A DNA stretch of 64,000 nucleotides from Mytilus trossulus. Lineage: Eukaryota. The stretch spans positions 62,062,001-62,126,000 of the forward strand of contig NC_086377.1 in assembly GCF_036588685.1 (NCBI RefSeq). The letters run 5' to 3'. The notes beneath the pieces are model-generated. The model saw nothing but the letters and a program-made list of their open reading frames with translations, made no database searches and had not been told where the DNA came from. The translations under genes and the position numbers were made by a program. The number at the start of each line of letters is the position of its first letter. Position 1 is the stretch's first letter. Below are positions 55,440-64,000 of the stretch, piece by piece.

Positions 55440-57793
55440 GTTTGACATTAACACCAATTAACAAATATAACCCCCCGCACAGGCACTTGGTGTATAGTAG
55501 TATAACCAATTAACAGTGTATTTTAGATATTAACAACAGTTATGTATCGTATATATGTAGAATAGCTCAATATGTGTATATAAATATAGCTACGGTTTAT
55601 GAAGGGTATATTATAAAAGTTATACAAGAATGTATATATTCAGACGTAGTGGGCGTATTGTATTATATAAGACACACAGGGCCATAAATGTTAGATATAT
55701 GAATGTTTGAGAATTAATGTTAGTGTTCAAATCAAAAGTAAAATAACTAAATTACCAAACCCCAAGAAAATCCAAATCGGAAATCCTCTTATTAAACGAA
55801 TTCAAAAAAAAATGCATATACACATCTTAATTTAATGAAACATTTTAACCATTCGTTTTATTTTCCTTTGAATTATAACCTTCTTCGTCACACTCTGTAC
55901 TTCATAAACCTTAGTTACATTTTTTATGTTGCAAATATATTATATGTTTTATTCTATAAAATGTCTTTATTTTGTTGTTTTAGATTCTAATTACATAATT
56001 TATAATTGTTCATTTATTTGCAGCTTACATTTTGGTATCTGATTGTATTACAAAACTTCAAGGGTTTCATATTGTATTTAAGGTGGATAGGAATTGTTCC
56101 AATTGTTATCCTTTTCTGTTAGGGATACAAATGCATTTGAATGAAACATCTATTCTATCTACTTTCACTTGCTTTAAATGTGCACAATTTTATTACTGCA
56201 GTTCTAAGTTCTTTAAAATTGAAGATGCAGATATTTTTAATATTTTTTTTTTTAGTTACTGATATGAAATTGATACCGCCGCTTTCATGAATGATACCAA
56301 TATCAGTGCGTTCAACATCAATAACCAGTAATTGAAAAGCCTATCTATTTAAAAAGACCCGAACATCAACTACAGAGAGGCGTCAAAACATACCGAAGGG
56401 ATATTCAAACTCATAAATTGAGTACAAACAAGCAACACCATTGATTTAACAACTTCAAGAAAAACAAAAGTGTTCAAAACACAATGTAGAAACTAAAGAG
56501 CAACATCAGTTATTAATAATCTGAAAGTTCATCATATATACAGTCAGTAGATGTACTACCAAACATAAGTTTAGTTCAAAACATTAGTTCCGTTTATATA
56601 ATCAGTCATTGTTCTGCCACGTGATGAAATCCCCAAATAAACGTAGATAGAAATACAACCCATCAATGGTCAATTTAAAGATGTACATTAATATTCTGCT
56701 GGTGAATTTCCAATAACAAAAAGCTGCATCTTCAATTTAAGACAATTCTATCTCTTGCTTCCACGTCTAAAGCATCAAGATCAATGTTTGTTGCAAACGA
56801 TTAATACTGTACAACCTGAAACCTGTTCCACCACCAATTTTATTCAAAAACTTTTTTTGTAAGAAGGAAGTGGTTAGAATTTTTTCTTAAAAAACGATTC
56901 ATTTCTATACTATTAAGTATATTCGACGTTAAAAGTATGTCGAGCTGTTATTGCTTCGTCAGACAGATTATTTAATTCCAAACTGAGTTGTATAAATTAG
57001 CCCACTCTCCCCACGAAAAATACCTTATTAATGTTTTTTTCCAGTAAATGTTTTAAATTTTTAGCAATATTCAATGTATTTGTCATCATTGCAATTACTT
57101 ACTATTTGCATTGTCCGTAGATAAACAAATGCCATTTTAAAAAATGTAAATTTCCGATAAAGTACAAAAAACTAATACAAATTGTCCAGCTTGTTAATAA
57201 AGATCAGATCGATTAATTGCCTTATAAAACAATTTGGAAACGAGTGATAATTTTAAGATTCAGTTAGGTACAAGGGAACTACCTGTATCTCAACGTTTTA
57301 CAAAGTATTGAATTAATGTGGTGCTTTAATTATTGTCGTACAGTATTTATTGATCTTTGCAAAGAACATATATTGACTCTGAATTCCAATTTATGTGTAT
57401 ACCGAACTCTTTTCCTATGAGTTGCTTTATGTTGTTTCATAATTCTTTCTATCTTTATTTCTTGATTCAATGAAGCTGTTTTACGTTCATTTATCATGTA
57501 AAACAACAGTTCTTTCGTACGGAAAATACATGTTTAATCATAGATTTGTTAAGCTATATTAAATATCGAAAATGAAAGATGTTAGTCAGTTTCTATGTAA
57601 GCAATTATAATGTGTTTTAAATTCATTTAATTACAAAAACTTGTATTTTGGATTTCTATGTTCTTTATCAGTCGATCAAGTCATAACAATAATTAATTTT
57701 TTAGTAAATCTTATGAAAGTAAGTCTTTTGTCTGCTTATCTGTTAATGTATTGTTTATATGTTTTTCATTTCTATATTGGTATATTAACCTAG

Positions 57794-57914
57794 GTACAAC
57801 CATTGAAGATGATACTGAAGTAGATATAGCCATTGTAATTGGTGCAACGATAGGTGGCGCTGTAGTATTGTTGATCATCATGATCATTGTATGTTGCCAC
57901 TGTCTTAGGAACAA
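57794..57914 (+). CDS. Receptor C transmembrane exon (GTTIEDDTEVDIAIVIGATIGGAVVLLIIMIIVCCHCLRNK)
   Basis: 121 nt, cctag/gtaagt boundaries, phase 1 to 2. Confidence 0.9.
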
Positions 57915-58309
57915 GTAAGTACATAATCATCAGAAAGACCGCACTCCTAGTTGAGTTCAAAGGACGCGCTATATGTCTTCATTAGACTCATCAATGGTAT
58001 CAGGCTTAATATGTTGTACACAGGACGCGCTTAATGTCTACACAAGATTCATCAAAGACACCAGGTCATTTTTTTTGTACGTCAAAATGCGTTTGGTCTA
58101 TATAAGACTTACTAGTGGAACTCGAATCAAATCAAATCAAATTAAGGACAAAATCAATTACAGAGTAAGAGAATTAAAAACGAAAATGTTGACCAAATAT
58201 GACTGGAAACTATATGTATAGATTTATTCTAATAACATTTGATAAACAGTCAAATAAGCTGAGACGTAACATTTTTTGGAAAAATAAGTAAACGTACAAT
58301 TGTGTATAA

Positions 58310-58515
58310 ATAAAGGCAACAGAACTATACTGCTGTTCGACATTCATAAATCAATAGAGAAAAAAAAAATCGAATTAGAAAAACTAAAACTAAGGGAAAC
58401 GCATCATATGTAAGAGAACTACGACACAACAGAAACACAACATTAAAATATAACACACAGAGAAAATAACTATAATATAACAATGGCCATTTCCCTGACT
58501 TGGTACAGGGCATAT
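58310..58515 (+). repeat. Third interspersed repeat family (aaaggcaacagtagtataccgctgttcga...)
   Basis: Second copy at ~61660-61910. Confidence 0.75.
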
Positions 58516-58799
58516 ATAAAAGTCAGTAAATGTTTTCGAAGATAAAAATTGCTTTGAATTTCACTTAAATTTACACATTATGCCGCTTGTTTTTACTTTT
58601 AAAATGTTTTACATTTCCATATCCAAATGCTTTTTATAGCGTATTGCACGGTTTTGATTTTGCTGTAGCCTGACATTGTTAATATATGTGTTAATTTTTG
58701 TTGTATAATTATCTATTTTGTATTCACATAGTATGTCCTTATTACTATTTATATCAAAGTACGCTTTTGCATTTTTCTGACATGAACCTTTGACAGAAA

Positions 58800-60575
58800 T
58801 ATTAAACGGACGGTATAAGAACAGTTAAATTACAGAGAATCAAATGATCATGTCTTGAGTTTACAAATGCAAGGACGGTATAAACTATACGTTTTGAAAA
58901 CATAAATAATATTTTATATTGAAAAGGCATATTTTGTTGCATTATTATCTTCTTCATAATCGTACCTCATTTCCATATTTTTATATCACAATAGATTTTT
59001 GCATTTGTAAGAAATGATATTTCGGTACGGATATTAAGAGGATGGTAAAAAACAGTTAAATAACAGAGGATCAAAAGTTCAACACTTAAAAAAGGCAGAC
59101 TGAAACTTTCACTGTTGGAAAACTTTCAAAATTTTTAACATTGAAAATTCACAATTTTACTTGTTTCATTGTTGGTATTTCACATGCATCTTCTTATATC
59201 AAAAGGTATTTTTGTGTTTATTCTAAAGAAAACTTTGGCACACATAAAGATGAGTAGAAAACAGTAAAATAACAGAAGATCAAAAGTTCATAAGTTTATA
59301 AGGAAGACATAGACTATCACTTTTTAGAAAAATTACAAAATATTTAACATTGAAAATGCACGTTATTATTTGTTTCATTGTTATCCTACCGCATCTTCGT
59401 ATTCAATATCGAAATATATTTTTGCATTTCTCATAATAAAGGAGATATTGATAGGACGGTATGAAACGCATAAATACCAGAATTTAATCAAATCTAAGTG
59501 TATAAGGAAGACACAAAATTTGACCTTTGGAAAATATACAAAATGTTTAACATTGATTGTCTTCCTAATCGTATCACATTTCCTTATTTTTATATCACAA
59601 TATATTATTGCATTTTTAATAAATAATACTTCCGTACAGAAATTGAACAGGACGGTATAAAACAGTTTAATTACAGAGGGTCAAAAGTTCATCAGTTTAG
59701 AAAGGCAGAGTTAAACTATCACTATTTGAAAACTTTCAAAATTTTTAACATTGAAAATTCACAATTTTACTTGTTTCATTGTTGGTATTTCACATGCATC
59801 TTCTTATATCAAAAGGTATTTTTGTATTTATTCTAAAGAAAACTTTGGCACACATAAAGATGAGTAGAAAACAGTAAAATAACAGGGATATCAAAAGTTC
59901 ATAAGTTTATAAGGAAGACATAGACTATCACTTTTTAGAAAAATTACAAAATATTTAACATTGAAAATGCACGTTATTATTTGTTTCATTGTTATCCTAC
60001 CGCATCTTCGTATTCAATATCGAAATATATTTTTGCATTTCTCATAATAAAGGAGATATTGATAGGACGGTATGAAACGCATAAATACCAGAATTTAATC
60101 AAATCTAAGTGTAAAAGGAAGACACAAAATTTGACCTTTGGAAAATATACAAAATGTTTAACATTGATTCTTCCTAATTGTATCACATTTCCTTATTTTT
60201 ATATCACAATATATTATTGCATTTTTAATAAATAATACTTCCGTACAGAAATTGAACAGGACGGTATAAAACAGTTTAATTACAGAGGGTCAAAAGTTCA
60301 TCAGTTTAGAAAGGCAGAGTTAAACTATCACTATTGGAAAAATTTCAAAATATTTAACAGAAGAATTCACGTTTTAACTAGTTTCATTGCTGTCATACCA
60401 CATCTTCTTGTTTTTATATCAAAATATCTTTTTGTGTTTATCCTAAAGAAAACTTTGGCACACATAAAGATGAGTAGAAAACAGTAAAATAACAGAAGAT
60501 CAAAAGTTCATAAGGTTATAAGGAAGACATAAACTATCACATTTGGAACAATTACAAATATTTAACATTGAACAG
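58800..60575. repeat. Intronic satellite-like array of ~200-bp monomers with a 611-bp higher-order duplication
   Basis: The motif aaaacagt.aa.taacaga.gatcaaaagttca recurs every ~200 bp; sequence at 59370 is near-identical to that at 59981 (offset 611). Confidence 0.85.
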
Positions 60576-61569
60576 GGATTAAAATATTTTGGAAAATTCA
60601 CAACCATTATAATAGTACGTACAAGTTTAATGACCATTTAAATTGCGGATAAACACAGTAAATAATTTCATCAACGCATGAAGCTGATGCAAAACGACGT
60701 ATGTGATCGGAACTAAAACTGATTGACAATCTTTATATGGCCTTTTTTAATAATTGAAGTGCTACTGGTGAGGAGTAGTAGACGTAATACGCGTATTGTA
60801 TAACATTTTGATAATCCTGGTACATGTATCTAGGATGATTATGTATTGAATTGTTTTGTTTTTTTACCTTCCAAAACTGGCGTATAAAACTATCAGCCAG
60901 GTATCCCTGGTGGTTGTTTTTTCTCTCTCGAACATACGTCATCACATTTGTTTCAAGAAAAAAACACCAAATATTAAAACATGTGACGAACAAAGTGTAA
61001 AGTAACACAAACGGTTTTCTAAACAATGATTCAAATACCCACAGCACGAATATAATTAAAAGTAGGGGATCTATTCTTTGACTCGCCTTCGTAGATCATC
61101 ACCCTGTAATTCGGTAGTTATCGTTTTAGCTGTTTATCATATTTGTTTTTTGCTTATTGATTTGTACATAAATCAGGCTCGTGTAAATTACTTATACTTG
61201 TCATTTCGTTGTCAATTATAGTTTTTAGGCGGGATTGGTCTTGCCTACTGTTGAATGATAACCTATAGTTGCAAAAACCATTTTGTCTCTGGTTGAAATT
61301 CATATTACACCTTCTTATTTTAATTGTCACTACTTAAAACATTAACCATCAATGAAAACACTTTTTTTAATATCTAATTGATGCACTAACAAGTCAATTT
61401 TTAATTAATGTTCAGTGACTCTTACTTTGCCTTTTTTTAATAAACATCGTTACCCACAAATAGTACTATCCCTAATTTGACTTCACAATTCTTAATATCG
61501 GTTTTAAAAACCTTGACGTAATGACTGTTTGTAAATGTGTCTTTTTCAAAAATATTATTTTGGTTTCAG

Positions 61570-61637
61570 GGACAGACATGATAGAAAAAACGGCAGTGAC
61601 GACGTATTAACACCTCATTCAGATGATTCTTTGGAAG
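61570..61637 (+). CDS. Receptor C juxtamembrane exon (DRHDRKNGSDDVLTPHSDDSLEG)
   Basis: tttcag acceptor, AAG|gttagt donor; phase 2 to 1 links the flanking exons in frame. Confidence 0.8.
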
Positions 61638-62456
61638 GTTAGTCATAATTTAACTGTCAAAAAAGGCAACAGTAGTATACCGCTGTTCGAAACTTATATA
61701 AATCGATTGAGAGAAGAAAAAAACCCGGATTACTAACTAAAACTGAGGGAAATGCATCAAATATAAGAGGAAAACAACGACACAATAGAAACACAACATC
61801 AGAATGTAACACACACAGAAACGAACTATAATATGACAATGGTCATTCTCCTGACTTGGTACAGGAAAATGGTGGGTTGAACCTGGTTTGGTGGCATGCC
61901 AAACTCCCGAAATAGGACAGAGAAACAGACGAACAATATCTAACAAAGGGTACCAGGTTTGAACATTTCGGTGAATATTGAAACAGAACATGATAATAGT
62001 TTCTTATATATGAAGGTTTACATTTTTATCCGATTGTTCGAAGTCACATTTACAGATTTCGAAATAAAACTTAATGCTCTTCATGGTCATGTTGCTTGAA
62101 ATGGTCTACGGGATCAACCTATATTTCATCAAATCCAATTGAAAGTATAAAAAAGGATAAACACCTTATAAATTGCACGCTTCCATTTTGTCCGCGCAAT
62201 GCCGATTATTTAGAAACAAATTATGCATTGGAATCAAAATATTACAAAAAAGGACATAGATAAATACTAGTAGCCAAAGTTAACTTATGAATTTTATCGG
62301 TAACTGTTAGTTTAAGCAAGTTATGAAGACCCATAAATGGTTCCTCGTCACAATGATAACAGATGAGATAGGAACTAATCTTCAAAGATTTGCATATCTA
62401 ATGGATTACATTATTATAGAAAAGAAAGTAGAACCAATCGAAGTTATATAAATACA

Positions 62457-62704
62457 TTACAGCTGATTTCCTAATGCTTGTAAAGTAAAAGTTTGGTTGG
62501 CTTGCTTGCTTTGTTTGTATAATTGTTTATTCAAGCTTTGTAAATAAGATTGACATTTTTAAACAATTTATATAGGCATAGTTTAACCTGAATATATTAT
62601 ATTTGAATTTAATTGGGTGTTATCCTAGTGATTTTACAATAAACAAACAAAGCAAGCAAGCCAACCAAAGTTTTGTTCTACATGCATTAGGAAATTAGCT
62701 GTAA
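62457..62704. repeat. Inverted repeat with ~70-bp arms and a ~110-bp spacer
   Basis: ttacagctgatttcctaatgc...tttggttggcttgcttgctttgtttgt versus acaaacaaagcaagcaagccaaccaaa...gcattaggaaattagctgtaa. Confidence 0.85.
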
Positions 62705-62869
62705 CGGAAGACTTCATACTTACATTTAATACGTCTGATAATGTTAAGATAATCAAAGACCGGTATGTTTGTATAGGTATGAAAGTTCGTAGCCAAAATG
62801 ACCTTAAGATCGTAGTGAAATTCATCGAAGGTCCAATTAGCTTAAGGGAGTTTTGAACCTCGGTTTCCT

Positions 62870-63049
62870 AATTCCCCGTTTCAGAATCTAATGCATTATG
62901 GATAATATTTGCTAAAGCGGACACCAAAACGTCGTGATTGATTAGAAATGTCATAAACAATGTAAATTCAACCAATAACGTGACCTTATTTTGTTTGGGT
63001 ACGAACAATGAGATTACCCATAGTCCTTTAGATTCTGTAAAGGCGAATT
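62870..63049. mobile_element. MITE with ~37-bp imperfect TIRs
   Basis: aattccccgtttcagaatctaatgcattatggataat versus attacccatagtcctttagattctgtaaaggcgaatt. Confidence 0.7.
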
Positions 63050-63119
63050 GTTTTCTTAATTTTTATTATTTTTCTAAAACAAAAGATGACATTATTTTTG
63101 TTTATGGTTTGATATAAAG

Positions 63120-63463
63120 GAATAGACAATCACCAGTTTGCCAGTTATGATGAAATCAAGAAAGACGATTGGGTGATGCGTAATACTATACGCTATGATA
63201 CGCCAAAACAAAATGGAACCCTTCACCCACGTGGTGGAGAGGCAGACGCACATACGGATTATTACGATTTCCCGCCACCACCACCTGAAAAAACTGTTGC
63301 AGACATAAATTCAATTTCCTTTACGACAGAGGGACTTCCTCCTCCGCCTTTAACTGTGCATTTCAGTGACTTTGACGGACGAGAAGGCATTCAAGTAGAG
63401 ATGCTCCCTCAATATGTGGAATACATGCTGCATAAGGACAACGCATTCGAATCTGAATACGAT
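63120..63463 (+). CDS. Receptor C cytoplasmic exon with Tyr/polyproline motifs and probable start of a receptor PTP D1 domain; gene continues beyond the window
   Basis: Phase-1 acceptor; GIDNHQFASYDEI...YDTP...YYDFPPPPP...LPPPP...IQVEMLPQYVEYMLHKDNAFESEYD|gtaagt. The I.V..L..YV....F..EY pattern resembles the helices that precede RPTP catalytic domains. Confidence 0.8.
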
Positions 63464-64000
63464 GTAAGTTTGCAATAGAACTTTTATCTGTTACCGTATA
63501 GCGGGTTTTTTTGCGGGTGTAACATTTCGCGATATTCATTGAATAAGGTATACGAATTAGTTTGGCGACTTATATTTTAGCAGATTCAAAACGTTTATCA
63601 ATACCTTTACATGTACACTTTTAATTGGCGGAAATATTTTGCGATTTTGTTATATCCGAGAAAATAACCTAACTTAAAGGGTTCTTTCCGAACAGCTCAA
63701 ACAGATCAAGTTACAATCTTAGTTTGTGTGAGCCCAGTCAAACAGTTAATAAGCAGGGAACGCAATGTAGATCAAACAATTGCGACACAATTAGCATGAT
63801 AGTCCATCAGTAGTGCTAAGTATTTACTGATGTTCAATAAGAACATGATACCGCTTTTTTATGCACAGCTTATACGAAACACAGAATTTTCAAACAGAAA
63901 AGGGCCTTAGTAGATTAGCTTGAAGTGTTCACGGTAAAAAAAAATGAATTTCAACCAAAGTTCCCATTGCCATGCTGATGTTCCAAGATATTATCCAAAG

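Noticed and set aside
59370-60235. Duplicated small ORFs (96 and 84 aa)
   Set aside because: By-products of the 611-bp repeat, with TTG starts and no coding features.

Overview
AT-rich eukaryotic genomic DNA with spliceosomal introns, most consistent with a bivalve mollusc (Mytilus-like repeats and gene families; inferred, not checked against a database). It looks like an innate-immunity locus. It holds a GIMAP/AIG1 GTPase exon (- strand), a divergently transcribed LRAT/PLAAT-fold gene whose catalytic Cys position is Ser (+ strand), and three paralogous type-I multi-EGF (MEGF10/SCARF/CED-1-like) receptors rebuilt by hand from splice sites and codon phases: A (-, 24884-11740), B (-, 31696-26600) and C (+, 35613 to beyond the window end). 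Each has a phase-1 signal-peptide exon, one giant exon for the whole Cys-rich ectodomain, a 121-nt transmembrane exon, and a different cytoplasmic tail. A has a Tyr-rich tail ending TQL, B a short YSEL tail ending SQL, and C a long Tyr/polyproline tail that runs into what looks like the start of a receptor tyrosine phosphatase domain. A and C share a highly similar ectodomain but have unrelated tails, like paired receptors. A donor exactly 1737 nt into the ectodomain exon is present in all three genes. The distal 1335-nt extension is intact in C, carries all of A's stop and frameshift lesions, and is absent in B. The rest is non-autonomous DNA transposons, interspersed repeats, minisatellites and local duplications. 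No rRNA, tRNA or CRISPR array is supported.
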